A stretch of DNA of 62,942 bases, filler included, from Olpidium bornovanus S191 (GCA_017911155.1; 29 parts of 29 records of this genome joined end to end with filler, not necessarily neighbours in it); one strand, 5' to 3'. Counted from the first letter of the whole stretch, positions 1 through 12,637 are shown. A program made the numbers and translations. Notes: generated by a model not told the origin, from the sequence alone.

Positions 1-2253
1 CATGATCCATTCAACAGCCACCAACCACCTACGAACAATGTGAACGGTGACGTTTTGACTGCCTTTGTCTTTATTGGTCTTCCTGTGGACGCCCCGGCAA
101 CGGAATCAATGAACTCGCGACGTCGGTGATTTCGGCGGGCGACTCCCGGTGTGGGCGATTTCGACGGGCGGCCTGGGCTCCCGGTCCTTCATCACGCACG
201 CTTCCACGACGTGGTCATGTGCCCAAGTCTTGGCTCCAAATCCTTTCCGCCGTCGGCGCCGAACCAAACGACGAGGGCACTCCCCGTCGTGACAGCGACC
301 CATCATCGGCACAGCCAAAGCCCAGCGTCCGGCTCATAAAGCATGGCTTAGGAGAAGCGGAACTGCCAAAGAGGCCGTCAGGCTGCTCGTCGACGTCACC
401 CGTGCTATGGGCATGTCTGTCGAAGGCCTCGCCCTGCTCTTTTGTGAGCCCGCTTGCGGCACCCGTGGCACCCGCGGAACCACCAGCGGGTAAGAGTCGG
501 TGTTCAAAAGCGTCTCCCCGCCGTGACCGGCAAACCATGCTGGGTCGCGACACCGCCCCCCCGCCTGGGCCAGGAACGAACGTAGACATTTGCTTTTTCC
601 CTCAGCTCGAAAGCGTTCAGCGCCAAACCGTTGCAGAAGGTCATCATCTCCACGCCACGGACACAGGAACCCAGCCCCGAGAGAGTTTTTGTTTTGGATG
701 GCCGTTCCGCTGCCGCGGGGTGGTCGTGTCCGCTGTCTGAAGCCAAATCTTTCCAAAAAAGAACCAGCTGTTGTGGTTTTGGTTAAAAACTGAATCAGAT
801 GGGAAGCGCACTCCGCGTCCCCGTCGTGCAGTTGTCGTCATCGCCGGTGGGAGTGATGTCGACGAGACGTTTGGCGTCGCCACCCGTCGGGTGAGGCCAA
901 AGCCAACGTTTCAGCTGCCGCTAGGCCGCGTCAGTTGTCGTCACCCTCGTGGTCGCCGCCGCCAACGGTCTCGCCCGCGTTCAATATCCGTTGCCCGGCC
1001 ACCCCGCCCCGCGTCTTTCCCCATCTTTTCCCCCCAGCAACTGCCGCGTCCGGCTGCCGTCATAGTCGTCGACTGCAGTCAACCAGCGACGGTCTTCACG
1101 GCCGTCGGCTGACTGGCAAGCCCCGTGTCGTCACCCTGTTCCGCTAATGACCGCCGCGTTCCTGTTTTTTCTTGTTGCTTTCTGCGAGCTTTACACGGTT
1201 TCGCCTTTTGCCACGTTCCCTTTTGCTGCGACCCCGGGTCCGAGGCATTTCGCGCTGCAGCTTTCCGCCGCCCCAGGCCCACCTTGCGATCTGCAAACTT
1301 CGCGGCCGAAAACGTACGCGCGCGTCTGTCGTTTTGTCATTATGCCCCCGCCATGGCGCACGGGCCAGGCGCCTACCTCGTGTGCCACCCGTCCCATCCG
1401 CTGCTGTGAACGGTGGCGAAGCCGCTGCCGCGGCCGCGGGAAAGCCTGTTGGCGTGGCAGGCACCGACCAAAAGTCCACTTGTCTTCCCCGAACCACAGG
1501 CGTCCGGCTGCCACCGCCCCGCGGAATATCACATTACTATGACTGCGCACCCGGCGCACGCGCAGTTACCGCCAGAGGTCACCAGTCCATCGACTCCTTC
1601 GCGAAACAACAAGGGCTTGGAATAATGTTTCGTTGCGCGTACGGATGCAAATCCACGCGTGCGTCGGTGCCAGCTTCCCTCCCGAGAAAGGAGAGGGTGG
1701 CATAGAGCAGCGGCATTATGCGGTTGCTTTTGCACGTGTTACCCACGGGATTACAGCCGGCGTCGCCCGTTGAGTTTACTCGAGGCTGTCAGTCATCGTT
1801 CCTCCGCCGGGTCAAGGTTCGTACCGCTTCCTGTCCTCCACCCCTCCATCCCCACCTCCCCTCCCCCGCGGCAACCTGCACGAACCCGAGCCGGCTTCGT
1901 GGGCAGAGGAGGTTGTCTGCCAAATCGTGCCTGCGTCCCCGAGTGTCACGGGAATCAAAGCGACATGCAGAGTCTCGGATCCAACGGATTATTCGACGCC
2001 GGCATTTCCCCAAACTGGTCTTCGGGAAACAATGCGCGCATTACACGATGATGGCCATTCAAAACAGGGCACAAGCAGCAGTTCGGACGGCGGCACAGGG
2101 GCTCTGATAGTCGTAGACGCACTCCGATCCGAACGACAAAGCAGATTCATGGNNNNNNNNNNNNNNNNNNNNNNNNNNNNNNNNNNNNNNNNNNNNTTAA
2201 TTAATTAANNNNNNNNNNNNNNNNNNNNNNNNNNNNNNNNNNNNNNNNNNNNC

Positions 2254-2820
2254 ATCGGTGCGAAGAAGCCCTGGCACTGGCTCCGACGACCGAACGGCGA
2301 CGTCGTAGACGCAGGCAACCCGTACCAGGCGGAGGCCGTCAAAGCCTGGTGGGACATTTACGACTGGTACATGCAGCCGGGCGTAGGTTGCCGTCGAATT
2401 CCCGACCTTTCAACCCCGTGTGACAAGCCACAGCGGTAACCCCGTCTGATCCCCGGACAGCTGCCGCAGCAAATTCTGGGTCTTCACGGGGTATGCAGAT
2501 TTTTTGTCGAACTCGTTTTCGTTGGACGAAGCATTAAATGCGCCAGCAACCGCTCGCTGAACGCGCTTTTTTTTTTCTCTCTTTCTCTCTCTCTTTTACC
2601 GCCCCCGACGTAGATTCCCGGCGCGCATAGCACGTTCTGTGGAGTATCGCCTTTGCCCGCTATGATAGAGCCAAGTGACTTTGAAGCTTACCACGTAGAC
2701 TGGAACGCGGACGACGTCAACATTGTCCCGAAATCCGCCGCCGAAGGCGCGCAACCATCCCTTTCACGTACCCCCGTGCGCTTGAACGTGGACGACCCCG
2801 ACGACGAGGAAGTCAAGTAA
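2254..2820 (+). CDS. Glycogenin / GT8 glycosyltransferase, 3' part (exons about 2254-2382, 2461-2490, 2614-2820)
   Basis: IGAKKPWHW...AVKAWWDIYDW matches the GT8 H-F-x-G-x2-K-P-W...W-W C-terminal motif of glycogenins. GT-AG introns keep the frame to a TAA at 2818. 5' part lost at the contig start. Confidence 0.75.
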
Positions 2821-3717
2821 GGGCGGCCTCAGCGGCGAAACCCGTGTAGGGACGTCGTGCAGCCATTGCGGAAACACTTTTTTGACATATCTGTTCCCAT
2901 CCCTTTCACCCGGCAAACCCACGAAGCCGGATGCAAAGAAGGGCCGGAAGCGGGAACGTCGGCCGACCGTCTCCGTCAGGGAAAGCAGTCGGAAGCTGCA
3001 AATGAGTCCCTCAGTCCGTCCCGCGGCATTCTGGCTTCCGCGTACCTATCGGCATTCTGATTGAACCCGCAATTTGACTGGAAATCAAGTGCGGAAGCCG
3101 GTTTCGGACAACCCCGACCATTTTCCCGCAAGCTCTTGCTTTTATTATGCCAGAGACGGCGCAGCAAGGCACGGACGATTTGATTCTGCGGATCTTTTGT
3201 TTCCTCTAGTTCGGTAGTCACGCTCAATGTGACTGGCCCCGAGCCTCGATACGTTTGTTCGAACTGGGTGGGCGTAGAGAAGAAATGGAAAGGCGTCGGA
3301 GCTCGGCGGGTAGGCCGACCCTGCGTCACTGCAGTTATAAGAATAAAGCGAAAGCCTGGATTCTCGAAAAAGCGCCAAGTGATGATTGGTCCCCCCCCCC
3401 GTTTTCGACTCCGAGGGATTCTCGGGGCGCAGGAGCGCCACGCGTAGAAATTTGGGAGGGACACCTTTTAACACGACTGCAACATGATAATCATCGTGCG
3501 CGACCTGCGGTCTGTTATATAAATCAGGATGGGACGCCGCCGTCGCGGTTATAATTTCTCCAACGACGCGGGGAATTCGGGCTGGTTGCCACCTTTCTTT
3601 TCCNNNNNNNNNNNNNNNNNNNNNNNNNNNNNNNNNNNNNNNNNNNNTTAATTAATTAANNNNNNNNNNNNNNNNNNNNNNNNNNNNNNNNNNNNNNNNN
3701 NNNAAAAAAAAAAAAAG

Positions 3718-3764
<47 letters not shown>

Positions 3765-4439
3765 CGCGAGTCTATCCGCGACGGCTTTTCCCGGTCTGCC
3801 CTTCTCGGCCCGCCCGGGGAGGCGCCGGTGATTTGCATCGGCCGCAGCGGCAGCTGCCTCCGCCGAAGCCGGCGCCGCTGCTGCCGATGCAACTCCCCCG
3901 ATGCGCCCTCCGAAGCGCCCGCGCCGGTGGGCTGGTCGGCTTCGTCGACGTGGGGGAGTGCCCCACAGGTGAACTCACACTTCGCCCTCACCCGAATCAC
4001 AGACAACGAAGGTAGCCGTTCCTGACGCTCCCCGTAGATCAACGACAAAGGCAGACCACTCCAGAGTCCGAAGCCCCAAAGGCGACGACCACCTCCGTGA
4101 TGCTGGATAGACGGCCCGAGGTGAATTGGGATAGTTTTCAGGGCGACCTCAACGTCGGCCGTGGCACTATTACGACCCAGGGTGGCGGGAAGAAAGATTA
4201 AACTCTTTCGAAAGAGGATAGGACTGCTTACGACGAGGGAGGGCGGACCGCAAGAACTGGCGCACTCCACGGCGGAGGCGGTAGCTGCCGCCGCAACAAA
4301 TAACTACGGGGTTTGCAGAGGGGACTGACGACCTGGCGTCCGCCGGGCCGGTCAGAGCCTGAAAGTCGTGGAACGGGATCGCGGCTAGCGCGACTGGGGT
4401 ATGACTGGGAACTGCTGCTCAGCTCGGATCTGAATGGTG

Positions 4440-4765
4440 CGGATGGAACAGTCTTCGGCATCCTTGCCGACGCCGATATTACCATTCCGCCCGGCGCTCG
4501 CGATGCAATACCGACCGACCTCGCATTTGCCACACCTGGCGACCTTCGCGGCTCAGTCCAGGGGCAGTTGTGCATTGGCCGCCCGCGGTACCGACGTCAT
4601 CGCATAATGCCTGGACGCGGGCTCTTGCGGAGAATTAAAACTTGTCGTTGCGAACGTCGGTTCCCGCCCGTTCCGCGTGCATCCCGGCGACCAACTCGCC
4701 ACACTGCGCGACGACGGCGGTGTCTTGGAAACGTTGCGGGGGTACCGGACGGGAAGCAGCGCCGT
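4440..4765 (+). pseudogene. Degenerate trimeric dUTPase, intronless
   Basis: DITIPPGARDAIPTDLAFATP, then after a frameshift ALAARGTDVIA*CLDAGSCGELKLVVANVGSRPFRVHPGDQLATL...ETLRGYRTGSSAV. This follows the dUTPase motif order, with an in-frame TAA near 4605 and eroded motifs III and V. Confidence 0.75.
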
Positions 4766-6367
4766 TTCGAGGGGAGGCGGGGGGGCAACCTGTGCATTTT
4801 GGAAGAAGTACCCTAGACCAAGGTATTACCATTTTCAACCAACTACAGACCAGTTTAACACCCACATATCGAGAGAGATGAATAATATTGATGCACTACA
4901 TGATGCATACATGATGCAAAACCATTAGCTGCATATATAATTATAATCAACGTATCACGAGTAGCCGATCACTGGATAATATTTTGAGCAGATCGATTTG
5001 AACTCTATCATAAACCATACTGGCAAATTATATATTTAATATGTTCTCTTTCTCCGGACAATTCCCATTAGATGACTGGGGACCCCGCTAGGTCCTTCCG
5101 AACGTGCCACTGGAAACTCTGACCATGTCATAGTGACTTCTTGCCGAAGAAACCTCGCCTTCGCAGAAGATCCTGAATCGAAACTTGCTTGCGCCGCGCT
5201 CTTAAGACGGCCACGGTGTTAGGGGCACGACGGCGGCAGTTTCGAAGGCGCAGGCTCGTCCAACTCGACAATCTTGGCTTGCGTCGCCGGGTCACAGTCG
5301 GTTGGCTGGGCGATGTGCCTTTCTCCACGGTTGGGCCAGCGAGTCCAGGATGCCGCGCCGGCCCCGCTCGCAATTCGTTTCGTCCAGAACGCACACGCTT
5401 CAACGGTTCGTCCTTGCGGCACCTGGATAGCGCTGATTTTGCTGTCCGTCTTCTTGAGCCGCCTGATACGGCGCACCCGAAACGCTGGATCATGGGAGGA
5501 GTCGGGAACCACTCTGCACTCGGAAGGGTTCTGGGGTGGTCGTGAGTATAGGCAGGACATATGCCCATAAAGAGAAGCAAACGCGGCATACTCGCCCGCT
5601 CCCCCACGCACTCTTGGAAAGCCGTCTTTTGGAAAAGGCGCCTCGTAATCCTCGTCGACGCTTGGAAACCTCCTTTGATAAGGAGCTTCGGAAAACGTTT
5701 CCTTATCGCCCTCAAGGCTGTGAGCGTCCTTTGGAGCATCCACACACCGCCTCCGCGCGTCCGTGGAAAGTAATGGCCGCCGCACGCGCCGACTCATGCA
5801 CCGACTTGCCGGACCTGCGAGGTACGGGAAGTGCTCTCGCGTGTTGACTGCAGTTCCACAGCGCAAGGCCCTCTGAATCCCGGTTTTCTCTATTCTCTCT
5901 GGCTTCTGCCGCGGTTCACGTATCCTCGGAACAACTCAAACTCCAGGCACGTGGGTTGCGCGCCTTGTCCGAGCAAGCGAACACCCAGGGCATCCCAGGT
6001 CCTTGGTCAACTAACACGTTCCACCCCAGCAGAAAATGATGAGACGCCTGAGCGTACTCTGGCCCGCGACAGGGAAATCGTTGCATACCGTTACGTCCAA
6101 ATCACCAACGGTCCGGTAAAACTTTTCAGCATTGTCCGCTGGATCAAAGAAGAGTATGGATTGCAAGCACTCTATGCTCACAGCCTCCGCGACTGGAGCC
6201 GCGCTATCGCCCGTGCTCTTGCTCCCGGTAACCGTGTTCTCATTAAGGGAAGTTTACGCGTTTCCTGAACAAAACGTGTTTGCGCTCCCATGCGTGGGTG
6301 GTGGATTCGCGTCCGACCCCGGTCGGGCGACTGGTCCTTCATTTCGCACATGGGAACGCGCATCGCA

Positions 6368-6608
6368 CGACGGCAGCCCCGTAGGGCGGCACCGCAGTTC
6401 AACGGCACTGCTGGTCCGCGCCCTATCCCTGGAGGCTTCGCACTCTGCGATGCATTCACCAAAGTGATCTTTGGTGAACGCGTATCGCTCGACGGTAGCC
6501 CAGTAGGGCGGCACCACAGTCTAACGACACTGTCGGTCCGCGCCCTATACCTGGTTACCTGACAACCTGCGATGCTTCACCGAGGCGACTTTGGAGACAA
6601 CGCGAAAT
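6368..6608. repeat. Diverged tandem duplication, about 122-bp period (two copies plus a partial upstream copy)
   Basis: CGACGGCAGCCCCGTAGGGCGGCACCGCAG...GGTCCGCGCCCTAT at 6368 recurs as CGACGGTAGCCCAGTAGGGCGGCACCACAG...GGTCCGCGCCCTAT at 6490. Confidence 0.85.
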
Positions 6609-8235
6609 GCCCGTTAATATCTAGTTTATATTTTTCACTGTTGCCCTCGCCCATTCGGGATGCCTAAAGGACGTTGTATCTGCTGTTCACGATGAAGAAC
6701 GATATACCTACCACCAAGCCAAGGATTTGTCTTACGAAAAAATCCGGAAAACGCTGTTCCGAGTTCAGAGTGAGGAGTGAACGGCAACCGCTGTCAAACT
6801 GCACGAAGAAAGCGCCATAGTATTGCGGCCATCAGTACCCTCCGGATGCGAGAGTACCGCCGTCCCGTGTACGNNNNNNNNNNNNNNNNNNNNNNNNNNN
6901 NNNNNNNNNNNNNNNNNTTAATTAATTAANNNNNNNNNNNNNNNNNNNNNNNNNNNNNNNNNNNNNNNNNNNNCATGCGTCGTGAGCTCTCCGTCGTCGG
7001 CGCTGGCTGACGCTTCCCAACACGAAAATTTCGGCATATGTCGCTCTTTTGACACCTGCGCACATCCTCCTTCATATTTTTTTTCAACAAGGAAGTGCTT
7101 GAGCGCACGAAGATCTCGGCTGACCTCCTCTGCACGAGCGTGTGCGGTCTCCCTTTTGCTCCAGTCCTGGAAAGAAGGGCCCGATTGCTTCGCCCAACTG
7201 CAGTACAGTCACAACTTTGAGCTCCTCCCCACCAGCTTTCTTTACGTTGGTTTCATCCTCAGGCTTGTTCGCCCCACATGCCTTGATTTCTCAACGATTC
7301 AATTGTAATGACATTCGTATCTATATCCATGCACATATCCACGTCTGCATGTTGGAAAACTTTGTGTTTTGAAATGCGCGGCAGACGTCCTGCAAGCTCA
7401 TTGAATATTTGACTGGACGTCCATGTCTGGCGTATTCAAAAAATCGTGAATCTCCGTTCCGGAGTCATGTGGAGGCAGGATACTCAATGTCTCCCAGCAG
7501 TGGCAGATTATCCTCATGCGCACCAGCGTTTTGGGGTGTTTGCGTTGTCGAGAAGGCGAAAGCATTTGAAAAGAGCGTAAAAAAAGAAGTGATAGAGCTG
7601 TCAGGACTCATGCTGCTTAGCGCAGCCCCGCGCTTACCCTCCGTAGTCGCCGCCTCAAGCGGCTGCGCTGTCCGCTGCGCGCGCTCCGCGGTCGCCGCAT
7701 TGTGCGGCTGTTGCGCGCGCCGGAATGTCTTGCTAGGCGCGTGGCGGCGTTTTTCGCTTCATGCATGTTGTCGGGCTCCTTTGGGAAATACTGAAAATGT
7801 TTTACAGTGAGTTTGGTGGAGCAATGATGGAATTAGGTTACCAATTGCTTTTCAAATTCATCCGAATCGGGGAGTTGCATATATAGCATGTTGAAGTCAT
7901 TGATGTAGTCGTACACGCCGGAAATATGGAAAAATGGAATTTCAGCGGGTTTACGGTTAATCCGCGTTTACAGGCGGGAGGAAGCGCATGAGGGTGGAAT
8001 TTAATCGAGGCCACCAAGTCCACCGTTCTGGTTCACCGAACGGGGTGTTTGCGGGAATACGCGAGCCACAGGAGACGGCTGCGGGTGAGCGTTGGAGCTC
8101 GTAACCTGTGGTCACTCGTTTTTCGGTCGCGAGGAGCCTTTGATTTATTTGGTAGACGGGCGCGCGGGAGGTTCGGAAGGCAGCGAACAGATACACCCTC
8201 GAAAGAACAAAAAAAAAAAAAAAAAAAAAAAAATT

Positions 8236-8980
8236 ATGTCCGTCGACGACGCCGAACCCGCCTCTGCGTCCGCGGCGGCGCCCGGGACAGCCGCCGGCGG
8301 CGCGCCGCTCGGGGGCGTCGCGAGCTTCTTCCTCACGCCGGGCGTCACCCCCGGCGCGCTCAGGGTGATGAACGGGTCCTTTGCCGGCCTGTTCCTCTCG
8401 CTGCTCTTCCTGTACCTGGTCTCCCGCAGCGGCCACGTCCTCCTCCTCCTCGCGGTCACGGCCGCGCTCTTCGCCAGCGTGCAGTGGTCGGTGTCCATCT
8501 ACGTCCTCCATCTTCCCCTCCTTGGCCCTCCCCCACCCCTACCCGAGCAGGAATATGCTTTCCATTGTATCATTATCCTCTTTTTCTTTTTTCTCGCCAA
8601 GAGCGAAAAAACGTCGTTCGGCCCGCCAGCGCGTGCGCGCGCGTGGATTCCGTCTACCATCCCCCAACACACCGCACGCCCCCAATGTGTCCTACCTCCT
8701 CTGACTTTTTCCCCGCGCTTTTTAACCCTCCCCGGATTTTATTTTTTTTTTGGTTTTGTTGGTGTTGTTCGCCCGGCGAAACGAAAAAAAAAAAAAAAAA
8801 AAAAAAATTAAACGCAGGTTCCTCATCGAGCTCGACGCCGCGGATAAGCGGAAGGAGGCCCTTGGCGGTGAGCCCGCCGGCTCTTCGGTCAGGGCAAAGA
8901 CGACGGCGACACCAACAGCGACCGCCGACGCGCGGGTGTCGGGATCCGCAGCGGGGAAACGCAAACTCCGCAAAATGTGA
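8236..8980 (+). CDS. PKR1: V-ATPase assembly factor Pkr1 (exons 8236-8486, 8818-8980)
   Basis: SFFLTPGVTPGALRVMNGSFAGLFLSLLFLYLVSRSGHVLLLLAVTAALFASVQW/FLIEL matches the two-TM ER protein Pkr1 family. A GT-AG intron splits the Trp codon. Confidence 0.85.
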
Positions 8981-9691
8981 AAGAGGGCTGAAGTCGGGGT
9001 TTTGGGCTCCCTCCAGTCGAAAAGAAATGTAATACGCCGCCCGTTTCCGGGGCGCCGCAGGCGTCGGGTCGCGCGAGCCCGACCTTCCCGCAACGCGCAG
9101 CGGGTGGCGCTCTCGGTGACCCTGCGCCGACGCTTTCGAGCGCTACAAACCCCGGGGCGCTGATACACCTTTTTCAATGCATTTGTACAATCTGTCACCT
9201 CTATTTTGTTTTTCTTTTCTGTGTAAATCCCGCTCGTTCATGTTTGACTCCGTTTTGGGTGGCGTGTTACTTAGTAGTTATTCCTTTTCAACCTAATGTA
9301 AAATAGCGTCCCTGTTTTCGGACCGCCACCAGCCGCGGTCCGAGTCGTCCGCGAAGCTCTCTCTCCTCCGGAAGTCTCGGCGTAAACAACCCCACGTCAG
9401 CTCCCTGCCCAACCCTGCAGTAAGCCAGGACACTGAAATGCAGGCCAACAAAGTAAACGGGGGGGAGGGGAAAAAGGTTATTTCCGTGACGCTCTTAAGA
9501 GGATTTAGAAAATACGCTGATTCAGAATATGACCGCAGCCAGACGTTGGCGATTGCGACAAGCATTATGTAAACGAGGCGAGAAGCCCGCGACGCCAATT
9601 CCGAAAGGCAGGGGCCCTGCCTGCTAAGACCCTCTTCCCCAACCGCATCCGCTCAAGAATGCCGCGGGGGACTCAAGCCGTTCGGTTTGTT

Positions 9692-10645
9692 TCATACGCC
9701 CTTGAAGAGTTTCTTGGGATCCAACATCTCGTCAAACGAAAGCGTGATGATTTCGTCACTCATCGGGGATTCTACCACCTCGTCCTCGTCGCCCCCTTCT
9801 TCCCGACGCTCGGCGATCTCGAACCTGCGCCTGGACACGCCGTCCCAGTCCCCGAGGGAAACCCCTCTGGAGTACGGAGCCAGACGAACGGTCAGCGCGC
9901 GTGACAAGCCGGACACGGTCACGACCTTCGCCTCCTTCCACGCCGAGATCTCGGGGGTGTAGCCGGCGGACATCTCCACGATCTGCGTTTGAAGAGGGCC
10001 GAGGTTGAGATTAAGCATTAGCGACGGCCTGTTATGAATCAACAATGGCCGTTCTTTTCTCCCCTCCCCCCCCCCCTTCTTCTTTCGCGTTCACCTTGTA
10101 CGCGATCAGGTCTCCGGCGTGTGGAAGCTCCGTCAAACCGGGTAGCGCGTCGTAGTCTCTGTTCGGCATTTCCACAGGGAAGTCTCCATCGGCGAAATCA
10201 CCGGCGACCTCCACATCGTCGAGCGAATCCACATTCTCTTCTCCTGCATCCGAGGCGTCCGCGTCCTGAGACTGGCATACCGGCAGAGCCGTCCGTTTTT
10301 TCCTCTTCTTCTTTGGAATGTCTTCAAGCTCCACCTCCGTCACGACCAGACGTGGCGGTGGTCGCCCGTCTTCGACCTAATCCAACGCAGGGAATCTAGG
10401 TCCAGCAGGAAAAAACATAACCGCTACAACACAAAACGGTCTACACAAACAAACTCACAACGTCGATCACGCCTTCTTCACCGCGTTCGTTCACCCGCAG
10501 ACCGTCCTTACTAACATCTTCTTCGTCATCGTCGAAGCGGATGTGTGTCCTCTGCATTCCGAGCATCTGCTTCAGAAAGCCCTTCTTTTTGTTTGTATTT
10601 TTTAACGAAAGCATCGCCGGAGGGGTGGTCGCTGGAATCGCCATG
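9692..10645 (-). CDS. Coilin-like protein, C-terminal part (at least 3 exons)
   Basis: RDYDALPGLTELPHAGDLIAYK / QIVEMSAGYTPEISAWKEAKVV...ITLSFDEMLDPKKL resembles the coilin C-terminal Tudor-like domain. An upstream exon reads KNTNKKKGFLKQM...THIRF. N-terminus lost at the contig end. Confidence 0.75.
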
Positions 10646-10745
10646 NNNNNNNNNNNNNNNNNNNNNNNNNNNNNNNNNNNNNNNNNNNNTTAATTAATTA
10701 ANNNNNNNNNNNNNNNNNNNNNNNNNNNNNNNNNNNNNNNNNNNN

Positions 10746-10783
<38 letters not shown>

Positions 10784-10872
10784 ACCCCCCCTTCCCCCGC
10801 ACCTTCCACACACACGCACACACACCCCCACACCCTCTGAAGCCCAACAGGTGCAAAAACCCGTGGCCCACG

Positions 10873-12637
10873 ATGATCAACATCGCAACCGTCCGAACGT
10901 CGTCTCTGCCCTCCCGACTGCTCTTCAGAGTAAGTTGCTGCCCGCTGGTGCAGACCGTCGGCCCGAGCTCTGCACCGTGACGACGTGCAGAGCATCCCGG
11001 TAACGCAGGCCACCCCCTACCCTCCCTCCTCCCTGGAAGTCAGTTGTTCTCCCCCTTCGCCCCCGCTGGTCTAACCACGCCCCCGTCTTCCCGCGGTCCG
11101 CCGGCGACAGATCTTGCCGCGCCCGCCGCTTCGCCTTCAGCGCGCCGTCGCCGCTGCCGTGCCCGGTGGCTACGATCACGGAAACAGGCGGTACGCCGCG
11201 CCGCCGCGCCGGGTGGAACAGGGCGCCGACTGCTTGCGGGTCCCGTCGACGTCCGGCGCCGGATGGCTTGACGTGCCTTACGCGTGGCTCAGGGACAACT
11301 GCCCGTGCGGGAAGTGCATCCATCCCTCGACGCGCCAGAAGCTCCACTCCTGCGCCGACGTCAGGCCCGGCATCCGCCCGAAGAGCGTCGAGGTGCAAGG
11401 GACCGGCGCCGACGAGCGATATCGGATGACGTGGAGCGGCTCCGGGCTCGACAGGGGCGATCTCTTGGCCGCCGTGACGGCCGAGTTCGAAGGCGAGGGC
11501 CGCCTCGACCACATCAGCATTTTTACAGCCGCTTATCTCGCCGAGCACTTCGATCCCTCGCCCTCCGTCCGCCGCTTTCAGCTCCACCCGCACCGGGTGC
11601 TTTGGGACAGAAAACAGTTGCTGTTGTTAAAGGATTCTCCCGGGGACAAGAAGAACTGGGTGCACCTCGACGAGTACATGAGCAGCGATGACCGTGGTCT
11701 GCTGAAGATCCTGCGCAGCCTGGGGAAATACGGCCTCGCTTTCGTCACGGGCGCCAAGAACGACGTGGCGACGACAGAAGCAATAGCGAAGAGGATCGGA
11801 ACGATCCGGGACACGTTCTACGGGCGGACTTGGGACGTCAAGTCCGTCCTTAACGCGAAGAACATCGCGTACACGCCGCTGCACCTGGGGCTGCACATGG
11901 ATCTCCTGTGGGTGACTTCTTCCCACGCGCAAGTGTCCCGCCCCGCGTTCGGCTAACGGGGGGCGGGGCCGGGCGGCCGATTGTCCCGCACTCCGGACAT
12001 CGAAACAAAAAAAAAAAGATATTTCGAGGCGCCCCCAGGCCTGCAGTTCCTCCACTGCTACAAGCACTCGGTTTCCGGCGGCGCGTCGACGTTCCTGGAC
12101 TCGCTCGCCGTGGCCGATCTGCTGCAGAAGCACTCCCCTGACGATTACCGCACCCTGCGGCGGGTGCCCGTGACGTTCCACTACGTGAACGACGGGCACC
12201 ACATGCGCTACCGCCGTCCGACGATCCTCACTTCTTCCGACGAGCGAGACCCGTTTTCGGGGCGGACGCAGGCGGACGACGAGGGGCCCATCCTCGTCAA
12301 CTCCGCCCCGCCGTTCCAGGGGCCCCTGGAAGGCCTGTCGGCCGAGGACGCTCGGGCTTTCTATTCAGCTTTTCGGCGGTTCACGGCCATCATGGAGGGC
12401 AGCGATCCCTGTGTGAGCCGAGAGTGGGAGGGCGAGCGGAACAACCCTCTGCTGTACGCAGTTACCCTCCGCCCCGGCGACGTCGCGATCTTTGCCAACC
12501 GCCGCGTCCTTCACGGCCGCACCGTCTTCGACCCGAACACCGGCGAGCGCCACCTCAAGGGCACGTACGTAGACGGGGACGACTTCAGAGACAGGTGGCG
12601 CGTCCTGGAGAAGAAGTTTGCCGGGAGGTCAGCGTAG
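10873..12637 (+). CDS. Gamma-butyrobetaine dioxygenase-like Fe(II)/2-oxoglutarate dioxygenase (exons 10873-10929, 11111-11907, 12019-12637)
   Basis: N-terminal WLRDNCPCGKCIHPSTRQK zinc motif, TauD-type HMDLLYFEAPPGLQFLHC and NRRVLHGR. The Arg/Ser-rich first exon looks like a mitochondrial presequence. Complete ORF after splicing. Confidence 0.88.

Noticed and set aside
1-2152. ORFs in the first contig
   Set aside because: No recognisable domain or consistent exon chain; it may be decayed repeat DNA, but I cannot support a call.
2197-2208. TTAATTAATTAA recurring 28 times, resembling a dispersed repeat or CRISPR-like direct repeat
   Set aside because: Always centred in exactly 88 N; it is a synthetic six-frame-stop linker.
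5128-6268. ORFs of 100-215 aa as a transposase
   Set aside because: No DDE, HUH or tyrosine-recombinase motif could be identified by eye.
6368-6608. The 122-bp repeat as 5S rRNA copies
   Set aside because: The length is similar but I see no 5S conserved boxes or terminal poly-T.
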